From Octopus vulgaris (Eukaryota): a stretch of 64,000 nt of DNA. Below, piece after piece: positions 1 to 12,857 of the stretch (position 1 is the stretch's first letter; every line of letters starts with the position of its first letter). Both the position numbers and the translations under genes were made by a program. The DNA is taken from positions 84,010,001 through 84,074,000 of the forward strand of contig OX597821.1 in the NCBI GenBank assembly GCA_951406725.2. The letters are read 5' to 3'. The notes beneath the pieces are model-generated. The model searched no databases, was not told the DNA's origin, and saw nothing but the letters and a program-made list of their open reading frames with translations.

Positions 1-330
1 TGGCGGCGGTGGCGGCGGTGGCGGCGGTGGTGGTGGTAGTGGTGGTGGTAGTGGTGGTGGTAGTGGTGATGGTGGTGGTGGTGGTGGTGTTGGTGGTGGT
101 GTCATTGATGTCCTCTTACCGTCGGTATGTTCAGGTTGCTTTTATTATTGTTCGGTGTTGCTTCAACTGTCGTCGTTTTATATTGCTGACGATACTATTA
201 TCGTATGACAACAATGACGACGAGGAAGACGATGACAACGACGAGGGCGGCGGCGGCGGCGACGACGCTGACGAAATCAATACAAATAAATATTGTGCAG
301 CATTGAACAACAACAATAACAACTACCGTC
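1..330. repeat. (GGT/GGC)n and (GAC/AAC)n low-complexity tract
   Basis: Trinucleotide runs read directly; the ORFs here are poly-V/D/S artefacts. Confidence 0.9.
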
Positions 331-414
331 ACACCCACTGAAATCACGTGTAACCGCGCCTCCCAAATATGATAGCTTCCTACCAACCTTACCTGCAGCA
401 TATATATATATATA

Positions 415-449
<35 letters not shown>

Positions 450-460
450 ATATATATATA

Positions 461-788
461 AATTAGGGAAAAACCATTATTATGTAGTTCAAACAATGAT
501 AGACATAAACCATATATAGAAAAAATAAAATATATTATAAAACATATCAAAAAAGTATTTTTAAAAATTAATAAAGATTATATAACAAGTAAAAAGACTA
601 CGTACGTTTCGTGGCTTTATAGCCACGAAACGTGCGTAATCTTTTTACTTATTATATAATGTTTATTCATTTTTTAAATACTTTTGTGATCTAGATATAT
701 GTTTTATAATATATTTTGTTTTTTTCTGTGTGATATGGTTTATGCCTATCATTGTTTGAATTACATAATAATGGTTTTTTCTCTAATT
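461..788. repeat. ~330-bp imperfect palindrome between (TA)n tracts, centred on a hammerhead helix II
   Basis: Arms run aattagggaaaaaccattattatg... / ...cataataatggttttttctctaatt. The centre is GTGGC-tttata-GCCAC, followed by GAAAC-GTRC-GTA on both strands. Confidence 0.85.
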
Positions 789-869
789 TATATATATATA
801 TTATATTTATAGTGAAATTTGATTTAATGCTAAGTTGAATTTTTCCCTGTAAGTTTGGAGTTATATTCC

Positions 870-928
<59 letters not shown>

Positions 929-988
929 TTTTCGTAATGAGATAAAAAACCAAGGCTGTGTAGATTTTAGAACATTTATATATAGAAG

Positions 989-1036
989 GTCTCACGGCTA
1001 TTTCCAGGATATTTATTATATCCCTTCATCGGAGAC
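989..1036 (-). ncRNA. Decayed type I hammerhead ribozyme motif (PLE-type)
   Basis: Minus strand reads GUCU-CCGAUGA-A-GGGAUAU(AAUAA)AUAUCCU-G-GAAA-UAGCC-GUG-AGAC. Helices I and II are intact; U4C variant; G at position 17, so probably inactive. Confidence 0.6.
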
Positions 1037-1142
1037 GGTGTGAGAAGATGGTTAAGAAATAGTTAATTTAGATAAGATCACTCTCAATTTTATATCTTAT
1101 CTAAATTAACTATTTCTTAACCATCCTCTCACACCGTCTCCG
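1030..1142. repeat. Inverted repeat (~49-bp arms, 15-nt loop) directly 5' of the HHR motif
   Basis: cggagacggtgtgagaagatggttaagaaatagttaatttagataagat and its reverse complement at 1094-1142. Confidence 0.85.
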
Positions 1143-1630
1143 GTGTATATAGGGAGAGAGAGACGCAAGCGTGGCTGTGTAGTAAGCTTGCTTCCCAACC
1201 ACATGGTTCGGGGTTCAGCACCTTTCCGTAGAACCTTGGGAAAGTGTCTTCTACTATAGCCTCGGATTTGGTAGACAAAAAATGAATAAAACCCGTCATA
1301 TATACACCCAGAACAACGCTAATAGCTTTAGAGTGAAATTTATGATTTCTCGGTTTTCTATAAATCGATTATGATAAAACTTTTCCCAGCTGGTTTGCAC
1401 ACTATGGCATCACCATTATCATGTTTTCCTTATTCTGTGTAACGTTCTTTCTTTTTTATTTCAGATTCTTCAGTTTTTGGGTGAACCAATCTCATAACAT
1501 TTGAATGAAAATAGCTCATTTAGACTTCTTTTTTCAGAAAATGAAGTACACTGATACATATTAAGCATACATTGAGTATATATTTAACAGAAAATCATAA
1601 TCATATTATAAAATTTATTGACATGATGAA

Positions 1631-2085
1631 TTATTTAGCCACATGAGGGCCATTTCGACGGATAACTTCAAAAACCCTATTAGTCATACAATCTGTCAAT
1701 TCCTTAATAGTAGAAGGTTGAACTGCCTCTACAGCAGCTTTGATGGTCGCCCATAAGATAGCTTTCGATGTAAATTGGCGTCCATAGGCATAAACATCTT
1801 GTTTAATGATGGACCAAAGATTTTCAATAGAGTTGAGATCAGGAGATGCTAGCGACCACACTATCAATATTTCACTAATGTATGCCGTAAGACCCTAGGA
1901 ATGTTTGGGTGGACCCAGTAGAGTGGGAGGGAGCGTTATCATGCATGAATACGAAATTCCTTAGAAGTGACAGCGGTATGTCATCTAGCCAGGGATGCAA
2001 GCCCTCCTTCAGGAGATTACAGTCGGTGGTTGCCGTCATTTTAACCTCTTCAGACACCCTAATTGGGCCAACAAGCCTGTCCCCA
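1631..2085 (-). mobile_element. Tc1-family transposase C-terminal remnant (frameshifted)
   Basis: Motifs FMHDNAPSH and SPDLNSIENLWSIIK...VIRRNG lie in two adjacent ORFs. Confidence 0.85.
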
Positions 2086-2445
2086 ATGAAGTTTTATGAG
2101 CGTCATCTATGACATCTAGTTAAGTTCTGTTGTTTAAGTTAACCTTCTCGGGTTAGACACTGTTCGAGAGAGATAAACTCATTTTCCATAGTTCACCGAT
2201 TTACATCCATCTTTCCAACACACAGTAACCAAATTTCGTTCTTTCGTCTTTCTTTCAGCGCCAACAAGAGAAACACCTTATGCAAGGAACTACACAGCTC
2301 TTACCCTTTCTACTTGTCTAGATACTTTTACTCTTTCTTACTCTTTCTCCTTTTTCCACAAATCTTCTAGCAGTCTACAAAACACGAATTTAACTACCTG
2401 CAGACTGGATAACAAACCGGCAAATTATCATTCCGTAAAAACCAC

Positions 2446-2476
2446 CTGAAGAAGTTGTATCTTACAATGAAACGAT
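2446..2476 (+). ncRNA. Decayed hammerhead core
   Basis: CUGAAGA-A-GUUGUA(UCU)UACAAU-GAAAC-GAU followed by AATAAA. Cleavage triplet and helix I are degenerate. Confidence 0.4.
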
Positions 2477-2549
2477 GAAAATAAAGGGTTATTTCAATTA
2501 ATAGCAATTTTTCTTCCTGTCATTAACTTGCAGCAAAAATCGTTACATC

Positions 2550-2850
2550 CATACATATACATACATACATACATACATACATACACACATACATACACAC
2601 ATACATACACACATACATACATACATACATACATACATACATACATACATACATACATGCATGCATGCATACATACATACATACATACATACACACATAC
2701 ATACACACACATACATACATACATACATACATACATACATACATACATACATACATACATACAGACAGACCGACAGACAGCCAGACATACATACATACAC
2801 ATACATATACATACACATACATATATATACACATACATACATATATATAT
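2550..2850. repeat. (ACAT)n compound microsatellite
   Basis: Read directly. Similar tracts occur at about 10940-11330, 39780-41790, 49770-49940, 52900-53258 and 59245-59740. Confidence 0.95.
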
Positions 2851-3197
2851 ATATCTGTGTGTGTATGTGTGCATGTATATGTATATACATATTTATGAAA
2901 ATATGTACATGTAATACATGTATAAATGTGTATACTATTTTTTATATATATATAAATTTTTTAATATATATTTTTAACACCATTTCTGTCGGTGTTGATG
3001 TGCTTACGTCCCCGTAACCTAGCGGTTCGGGAAAAGAGTTTGATAGAATAAGTGACAAGCTTTTAAAATTTAAGTACTGGGTTCGATTCGTTCGACTGAG
3101 ATTCTTCAAGGCGGTGCCCCAGCATGGCCGCAGTTCAATGACTGAAACAAGTAAAATAAGATAAAAGTAAATTTATTTATATAAAGTACACATCTGT

Positions 3198-3233
<36 letters not shown>

Positions 3234-3242
3234 TATTTACTA

Positions 3243-3635
3243 TTTTACTTGTTTCAGTCATTTGACTGCGGCCATGCTGGAGCACCGCCTTTAGTCGAAC
3301 AAATCGACCCCGGGACTTATTCTTTGTAAGCCCAGTACTTATTCTATCGGTCTCTTTTGCCGAACCGCTAAGTAACGGGGACGTAAACATACCAGCATCG
3401 GTTGTCAAGCAATGCTAGGGGGTCAAACACAGACACATAAACATACACACGCATACATATATATATACATACATACGACAGGCTTCTTTCAGTGTCCGTC
3501 TACCAAATCCACTCACAAGGCTTTGGTCGGCCCGAGGCTATAGTAGAAGACACTTGCCCAAGATGCCACGCAGTGGACTGAACCCGGAACCATCTGGCTG
3601 GTAAACAAGCTACTTACCACACAGCCACTCCTGCG

Positions 3636-3638
<3 letters not shown>
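3243..3638 (-). mobile_element. tRNA-derived SINE family A, full length
   Basis: Head GGCGCAGGAGTGGCTGTGTGG...GGTTCAGTCC (pol III A/B boxes), internal microsatellite, tail GACTGAAACAAGTAAAA. More than 20 full or partial copies in the window. Confidence 0.9.
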
Positions 3639-3713
<75 letters not shown>

Positions 3714-4261
3714 CATATATATATGCGTGTGCGCGCGTGTGTATTTATAAAAGTATAGAACATTGTAGATGATATGACGTTTGGAGGGAAACCTCCCTTT
3801 GTTACGTCATACTTATAGAAAATATTTTACCTTTATACTAACAAATACAAGTTTTGCCTACGCAGATCGCTAAGTCACTCATTACGTGTGTCCTTGGGAA
3901 ACTCACGGAAATAATGCAGTGACTCATCAACGGTGTGTGTGTGAGTAAACATTTAAAAATATTTACATTAGATAAGTCCAGGTGAATGTCACCCAGTTAC
4001 ATTTTTTCTCCGCCTGTCACACAGATTAAAAAAAAAAACTCACACACACATAAACGTATTTCACTCACTGTCTTATATACACTTTCAATAACACACACAC
4101 TCACACACACATACCCGTGTGCATACATAGTCATTAGGCACAAGAAGAAATAATTCTATGGAATGTAAACATGCGATTTCTATGTGAATTAGGAAATGGC
4201 GGCGAGTGAAATTATCTTACCTGTATTGACTACAGAAAATAGTTTAATATTAGGGCATATA

Positions 4262-4645
4262 CTCTCTTTTACTTGTTTCAGTCATTCAACTGCGGCCATG
4301 CTGGAGCACCGCCTTTAGTCGAGCAAATCGACCCCGGGACTTATTCTTTGTAAGCCCAGTACTTATTCTATCGGTCTCTTTCGCCGAACCGCTAAGTGAC
4401 GGGGACGTAGACACACCAGCATCGGTTGTCAAGCAATGGTAGGGGGACAAACACAGACACACAAACACATACACACACATATATATATATATATATATAC
4501 ATATATACGACAGGCTTCTTTCAGTTTCCGTCTACCAAATCCACTCACAAGGCATTGGTCGGTCCGGGGCTATAGCAGAAGACACTTGCCCAAGATGCCA
4601 CGCAGTGGGACTGAATCCGGAACCATGTGGTTGGTTAGCAAGCTA
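4262..4645 (-). mobile_element. SINE family A, 5'-truncated, with 11-bp target-site duplication
   Basis: TSD tagggcatata at 4251-4261 and 4645-4655. Confidence 0.9.
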
Positions 4646-4843
4646 GGGCATATAGTACATGTACTAATACCCATTTCCCCCTTACGTTTACTAATGTCCA
4701 TTTTCTTCCGTTATAGGGGTTTATTTATCCTAATAAACTATTTTCTGTAGTCAATATACGGTAAAAGTTAATAATTTTGTTTACAAAGTACTTTCCAATG
4801 TTCAATGCTTTTAAGGCTTTCGGCTAGGTACTATCTTTTATCC

Positions 4844-5229
4844 GTGGAGGCGCAATGGCCCAGTGTTTAGGGCAGCGGACTCGCGGTCGTAGGAACGCGG
4901 TTTCGATCCCCAGACCGGGCGTTGTGAGTGTTTATTGAGCGAAAACACCTAAAGCTCCACGAGGCTCCGGCAGGGGATGGTGGTGATCCCTGCTGTATTC
5001 TTTCACCACTACTTTCTCTCACTCTTACTTCCTGTTTCTGTTGTACCTGTAATTCAAAGGGGCCAGCCTTGTCACTCTCTGTGTCACGCTGAATATCCCC
5101 GAGAACTACGTTAAGGGTACACGTGTCTGTGGAGTGCTCAGCCACTTACACGTTAATTTCACGAGCAGGCTGTTCCGTTGATTCGGATCAACCGGAACCC
5201 TCGTCGTCGTAACCGACGGAGAGCTTCCT
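4844..5229 (+). mobile_element. tRNA-derived SINE family C, tail type 1
   Basis: Head GGAGGCGCAATGGCCCAGTG...GGTTTCGATCCC. TSD tatcttttatcc at 4832-4843 and 5230-5241. Confidence 0.9.
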
Positions 5230-5959
5230 TATCTTTTATCCTTTTTTAATTTTCTTTTTACTTGTTTCAGTCATTAGGCTGCGGCCATACTGGGGGTGCT
5301 GCCTTGAAGAATTTTTGAGTCGAAAGAATTCACCCCAGCATTTTAAACACACCAACACCTGTTGCCAAACGGTGGTAGTGGTGGGACACACAGACAAGAC
5401 AGACATACATACATATACATATATATAAATATACAGGGAGAGAGAGTGAGAGAGGGGGGGGAGATACAACGAGCTTCTTTCAGTTTCCGCTTACGAAGTC
5501 AACTCACAAGTTTATATATATATATAGTAGAAGACACATCCCCAAAGTGCTACGTAGTAAGACTGAACCCGGAACCATGTGATTGGGAAGCAAGCTTCTT
5601 ACCACACAGTCATGCCTGCGCCTATATTGAATATTTTCAAAAATAGCTCAAGGCTCGAATGTACGCCACCTATCACTCTGATTGTCAGACAAAATTCTCA
5701 AACCATGAGTCACTTTTGCAACTTCTGCCGAATAGACATAAATGATAAAAATAAAACACAAAAATATACAGGCGCTGGCTTGGCTGTGCGGTTATGAAGC
5801 TCGCTTTGCAATCAACAGGTTTCGGGTTCAGTCCCACAGCGCAGCATCTTGGACAAGTGTCTTCTATAATAGCCCTGATGTGAACAATGCCTTTGTAAGT
5901 GAACTTGATAAATAGAAAGTTTGTTGAAGCCTGTCGTAATACATATTTGAAGTTTAAAG

Positions 5960-6105
5960 AAAAACAAAAGACGAAGACAGGTGTATGAACAACAAGCAGG
6001 TGTATTAGTTTGACGCTCGGGAAAGTGAGAAAGTCTTTAACGTTTCGAACCTACGCTCTTCAGCAGAAAGGCATAACAGAAAATAAAGAGAGGGCATAAA
6101 AACTT
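5960..6105 (-). mobile_element. Short dispersed element with a minimal-HHR-like motif (6033-6072)
   Basis: CUUU-CUGCUGA-A-GAGC(GUAG)GUUC-GAAACGUU-AAAG; homologous to copies at 8100, 17965, 50730 and 53970. Confidence 0.6.
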
Positions 6106-6121
6106 ATGGATTTAGCGGTCG

Positions 6122-6177
<56 letters not shown>

Positions 6178-6426
6178 CTGTCTCCCCTCTTCCCACTGCT
6201 TGACAACCGGTGTTGCTGTTGTTTACGTCCCCGTAATAATAGAGATCACCAGAAAAATACGTATCAGAAGAGTTTAAAATGTTCGACGAAAACTTTTCAA
6301 GGTGGATCCCCAAAACGGCCGCAATGACGGAAACAAATGAGAGATTAAAGTCAGTGTTCCGTTTCTACTGTTTGGCCTATCAAACCTAAACACGAACGCG
6401 CACGCACACACACACACACACACACA

Positions 6427-6457
<31 letters not shown>

Positions 6458-6469
6458 ACAAATATGCAC

Positions 6470-6475
6470 AGATAC

Positions 6476-6543
<68 letters not shown>

Positions 6544-6757
6544 TTAGACAGACAGATAGATAGACAGACAGACAGACAGTCAGACAGACAGTCAAACAGA
6601 CAGACAGACAGTCAGACAGACAGACAGTCAGATAGACAGACAAACAGACAGACAGACAATCAGTCAGACAGACAGACAGGCAGACAGACAGACAGTCAGA
6701 TAGACAGACAAACAGACAGACAGACAATCAGTCAGACAGACAGACAGACAGACAGAC

Positions 6758-6836
<79 letters not shown>
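6470..6836. repeat. (GATA)n/(GACA)n microsatellite
   Basis: Read directly. Confidence 0.95.
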
Positions 6837-6837
<1 letters not shown>

Positions 6838-7310
6838 TACCCCGGTATTAGATTTGACAAGTAGTAGAGCACAGAATGAGTTAGGAGTATAAAAGACATC
6901 ATTATGATTACAAAGGAAAAAGGTGGGTGCACCGTAGTCCGAAGATACCTTAAATGGCCGAAACTTCGATATCACTGTCAACTATATTTCTGTTTAAGAA
7001 CAAACTAACAGAATCGTTAGCAAGTCGGACGAAAAGGTTAGAGTCGTTTTGTCCATTCTATAACCTGAGGTCAAATTCCACCGAGATCGACTTTGCCTTT
7101 CATTACTTTTGGGGGTCGACGTATCAACTGAATACTGGGGTCGGTGTAATCGACCAACCCACTCTCCCACACAATTTCAGTCCTTGTGCTTATAATAGAA
7201 AAAAAAAATTGTTATAAAAACCACACAAAAATCGATTTAATATTCCGACCAGGAAACCCTGGGTAACTGAATTTCACATGGTTTTTGAGTGTTTTCTTTT
7301 TTAATTAATC

Positions 7311-7395
<85 letters not shown>

Positions 7396-7413
7396 ATATA
7401 TATATATATATAT

Positions 7414-7640
7414 CGGTGGCACATAAAAACACCATCCGAGTGTGGCCGTTCGCCAGCCTCATCTGGCACCTGTGTCGGTGGCACATAAAATCACCCACTA
7501 CACTGTCGGAGTGGTTGGCGTTAGGAAGGGCATCCAGCTGTAGAAACACTGCCAGATCTGACTGGCCTGGTGCAGCCTTCGGGCTCCCCAGACCCCAGTA
7601 GAACCGTCCAACCCATGCTAGCATGGAAAGCGGACGTTGA

Positions 7641-7678
<38 letters not shown>
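7414..7678 (+). mobile_element. 3' end of an RTE-type LINE or partner SINE with a (GAT)n tail
   Basis: GTTGGCGTTAGGAAGGGCATCCAGCTGTAGAAAC...CCATGCTAGCATGGAAAGCGGACGTTG followed by (ATG)n. Confidence 0.6.
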
Positions 7679-7688
7679 ATATATATAG

Positions 7689-7783
<95 letters not shown>

Positions 7784-7875
7784 CATACATATATTAGCCT
7801 TGGGAGGGGGCATTATGCCGGTAATAATAAACACACGCACTGGTTCGATCCTTTATTGTTATTGTTCAGTATATA

Positions 7876-7941
<66 letters not shown>

Positions 7942-8053
7942 CATATTTACATATATACATATATATATATATAGAAAGAGAGGGGGAGGGGAGGAGGAGG
8001 AAGAGGAAGGGGAGAGAGAGCGTGCAATGACAGTCTAATTGAGACATCTTTGT

Positions 8054-8103
<50 letters not shown>

Positions 8104-8204
8104 CTTTCTCTCCTTGTGTTTTCTTTCTGTCGAAGAACGTATGCTCGAAACGTAAATGCCCTTCTATTCTTCTATTTTTTCCTGAGCGTGAATCTAATAC
8201 ACTC

Positions 8205-8331
<127 letters not shown>

Positions 8332-8460
8332 ATGATAAGAGTAAATAATTTCTATAAAGGCTTTTAAAAAAACCCCAATTATTTACTGGTAGAATTCGGT
8401 ATGTAAATATAGCCGATTACCGGCAGGAACTTCTGTAAAGTTCAGTATATATATTGTATA

Positions 8461-8794
<334 letters not shown>

Positions 8795-9296
8795 CACACA
8801 CACACACTCATACACGCACTCACTATTTGGTGAGACAATAAAGTATGTTGAATATTCGAATTACGATTTCTCAAAAGCTGTCGTTATTGTTACAGTATTC
8901 CATGAGTTGTCACTTCGTCGTCATTAAGATGGTGGATGGGCCGCAGGTTTGAGCCTTTCGTTAATTATCCCGCCTGTTTACCTCTTGAGCTTAAATGCCG
9001 CACGGGTCGATAACATACAATGTCACTCAAGTACTGGTATTGATTTTATCGATTGCCCACTGGCGGCAACATGCAATGGTCGAGTACATTTCAAAAGAAG
9101 CCAAATCCCGCATCCGTCCGTGGATTGACACACGGGTTGGTGATACGCAGACGTCACATCAATATTTTAAGTCATACAACGCGCTTCTGCACGTCTTAGC
9201 ATTCATTAACGCATACATACAGCCTTCGTTTATGAAGTGGAGCTCACTAAAGAGTGTAACGCAAAGGAGAAGCAAAACGACTGCATGTATGTATGA

Positions 9297-9361
<65 letters not shown>

Positions 9362-9768
9362 TGTGTGTGTGTGTGCGTGCATGTCATTATTCAGCTATAT
9401 TTCAAGATTTCTTGCCAATGGAGAAAGAGCCGGTTTCTATCCTAGATCCAAGGCTCCTTCGTTAGGATTTCAACAACAGGGAATGTATGGACGTATTTTT
9501 ATGTATGTATGTATTCTTTTATTTGTTTCAGTCATTTGACTGCGGCCATGCTGGAGTACCACCTTTAGTCGAGCAAATCGACCCCAGGACTTATTCTTTG
9601 TAAGCCTAGTACTTATTCTATCGGTCCCTCTTGCCGAACCGCTAAGTGACGGGGCGAAAACACACCAGCATCGGTTGTCAAGCGATGTTGGGGGGACAAA
9701 CACAGACACACAAACACGCACACACACACGCACACACACACACATACACACGCACACACACACACACA

Positions 9769-9818
<50 letters not shown>

Positions 9819-10397
9819 AGACGGGTTTCTTTCAGTTTCCGATCATGATCCGAATACCCTAACCATTAAGCCAGGTGCCTTCATACACGCGGGCGCGCGC
9901 ATATCGTACAATTCTATTTATGACGGTGTATTAACAACTAATAATTCCCATTTACGCCGAGGTCCACTATGCCTCTTTATCCTTTAGGGGTCGATAAAAT
10001 AAGTATCAATGAAACACTGATATCCGTGTAAATGACTTTCCCCTTCCCCCGGGCGTTATGGTGTTATCAGTCTCACGTGTGCAAACTTGTTCAAGGGATG
10101 CATTTCGACATTTGGGGGTAAAAAAAAATGTTGCCGAGGGGATAAGATACGACACTGAAAGGCATTTTGGATGGATGTTAAGCCTCTGCCGTCATTGGGC
10201 CTCCAACCAGGCTTCACACGATAGCCTCAAAGCCAGGAACTTTACAACACCCTTTATATATATATATCTCCCTCCATCCCTCCCTCCCTCCCTCTGTGTG
10301 TGTGTGAGAGAGAGTGAGAGAGCGTGTGTATGTGAATGTATTTCTGTCTATGTATGTGTGTGTATTGGATAAGCGAGTGTGTATATATGTGTGTATA

Positions 10398-10712
10398 TCA
10401 CCGTGATCACCGTGACCGACCAGGCTATCAGAGGTTGCTACACATCGCTGGTCACAATGCGCTTCGCATTGTTTTAGCCTTCAAATGACGCCACCCCGCT
10501 GGCTAAGCGAGCAGATCCAACAGAAGAAAGAGTGAGAGAAAGTTGTGGTGAAAGAGTACAGCAGGGATCACCACCATCCCCTGCCGGAGCCTCGTGGAGC
10601 TTTAGGTGTTTTCGGTCAATAAACCCCTCACAACGCCCGGCCTGTGAATCGAAACCGCGTTCCTACGACCGCGAGTCCGCTACTCTAACCCCCTGATCCA
10701 TTGCGCCTCCAC
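10398..10712 (-). mobile_element. tRNA-derived SINE family C, tail type 2
   Basis: Same head and body as 4844, but the tail is ...GCGCATTGTGACCAGCGATGTG...GGTCACGGTGAT. Confidence 0.85.
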
Positions 10713-11025
10713 ATGTGTGTATATATATGTGGAAATTATGTGTGCTTGTTAGTTTTTTTCAGTTTTTCAAATTAATGGCTTGGATCTCATGAAGCGTTCA
10801 ATTAAACAGCCTAAATGTTGGCATAGTTACTGGCACTGCAAACACATTGTGGGTCACTGTTTTATTGAATGCAAAGAGGGTTCTGAGGTCCAAATTTTCT
10901 TTATTCAGCTGAAATATTCTTTAGAGACACGTGTTCTGTTACATGTATGTATGTATGTATGTATGTATGTATGTATGTATGTATGTATGAATGTATGTAT
11001 GTATGTATGTATGTATGTATGTATG

Positions 11026-11058
<33 letters not shown>

Positions 11059-11103
11059 GTGTATGTAAGTGCGTGCGTCCGTGCATGCGTGGGTATGTGT
11101 GGG

Positions 11104-11161
<58 letters not shown>

Positions 11162-11266
11162 CGTGTGTGTACGTAAATATTTGTTTGTGAAAGTGGAAAA
11201 AACCATCTGCACGGAAACACACATCCGACCATTCACTCATACATATACATACATGCACACACACAC

Positions 11267-11318
<52 letters not shown>

Positions 11319-12204
11319 CTACAAACACTATTAATGATATACTCTGCTATGGTTGACTGATGTAACACAAACCGACATTTACATAACAATCCTATTTCCG
11401 AAAATTATTTAATCTGAGCAGCATAAAGAACACCATTGTATATATATATATATATATATATATGAATGTATGTATGTATATATTTATATATGCATGTATA
11501 CATGCCTCAATACAAGTTTACATAAAACCTGGCTCTCGACATATTTTCTGGGTCAGGTACACATATATACACACTTGCTTATGCAATACACACACACACA
11601 CACACACACACATACATTCACATACATGCACACATACATCCACATACACACACATACATTCACATACACGCACACATACATCCACATACACACACATACA
11701 TTCACATACACGCACACATACATCCACATACACACATACATTCACATACACACACACATACATTCACACATGCACACACACATATATACACATACAGAGA
11801 AGGATATATATATATATATAAGGGGTGCTGTAAAGTTCTTGGCTTTAAGGCTATCGTGGAAAGCCTGGTTGGAGGCCCAATCTACCGAGTTCTTTTGCAG
11901 GCCTTGGAAAAATTGTGTGTGTGTACTACGGAGATGTACTTGCATAGCAAGTCACCTGATCTGAGATCGTGTGCTGGAACGAAAACAATTCTATAGCACG
12001 GAACTTTGTCAGTGAACAAGTCGCGGTCTCAAAGTAACGAAAAAAAAAATGTATGGTATAATTTTTTTCCAAATATTTTGTTTATGCTTTGATTGTTGGA
12101 AGGATATTATTACAAAAGTTAATTAAAACTAATTACAAGAAAATATAACATCATATTGACCTCCAACACAGTCGTGTTTTCATTACACACACTCGCACAT
12201 AGTC

Positions 12205-12857
12205 TTTTACCCTTTTACCTGTTTCAGTAATTAGACTGCGCCTATGCTGCAGCACCGCCTTTAATCGAGTAAATCGACCCCAAGACTTATTCTTTGTAAG
12301 CCCAGTACTTATTCTATCGGACGCTTTTGCCGAACCGCTAAGTTACGTGGACGTAAACACACCAGCATCGGTTGTCAAGCGATGTTGGTGGTGGTGGCGG
12401 GGGGAGGGGACACAGACACGCAAACATATACACACACATGCATATATATATATATGGAGACCCCCTTCGCTCATGATTGACCATGGGATTGCACCTAGAA
12501 AGTTACCCTCCGAGGCACAAGTCCGGGCAAGGTTGTTTGTGGAAGGCTAGCAGTCGCCTATGCATACCAGCCTCCCCTTCCCACACCACTGATGTCACAA
12601 CCCATTTCTACAGCTGAGTGAACTGGAGCAACGTGAAATAAAGTGTCTTGTTCAAGTACACAACGCGCAGCCCGGTCCGGGATTCGAAGTCACAACCACA
12701 CGATCGTAAGCTCGATGCTTTAACCACTGAGCCATTCGCTTTCACACATACATACATATACGACGGGCTTCTTTCAGTTTCCGTCTATCAAATCCATTCA
12801 CAAGTCTTTGGTCGGCCCGAGGCTATAGTAGAAGACTCTTGGCCAAGGTGCCCAAGG
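12205..12857 (-). mobile_element. SINE family A interrupted by a nested CORE-type SINE (about 12457-12745)
   Basis: Family A halves flank an insert with a tRNA-like head and CORE-like sequence CAAGACACTTTATTTCACGTTGCTCCAGTTCACTCAGCTG. Confidence 0.75.

Noticed and set aside
3243-3638. SINE heads as tRNA genes
   Set aside because: A and B boxes are present, but the heads continue into SINE bodies and tails in many dispersed copies.
4215-4256. Apparent 9-nt microexon on the minus strand (ttttctgtag TCAATACAG gtaag)
   Set aside because: The same sequence occurs inverted at 4729-4775, so it is more simply an arm of an old inverted repeat; there is no gene context.
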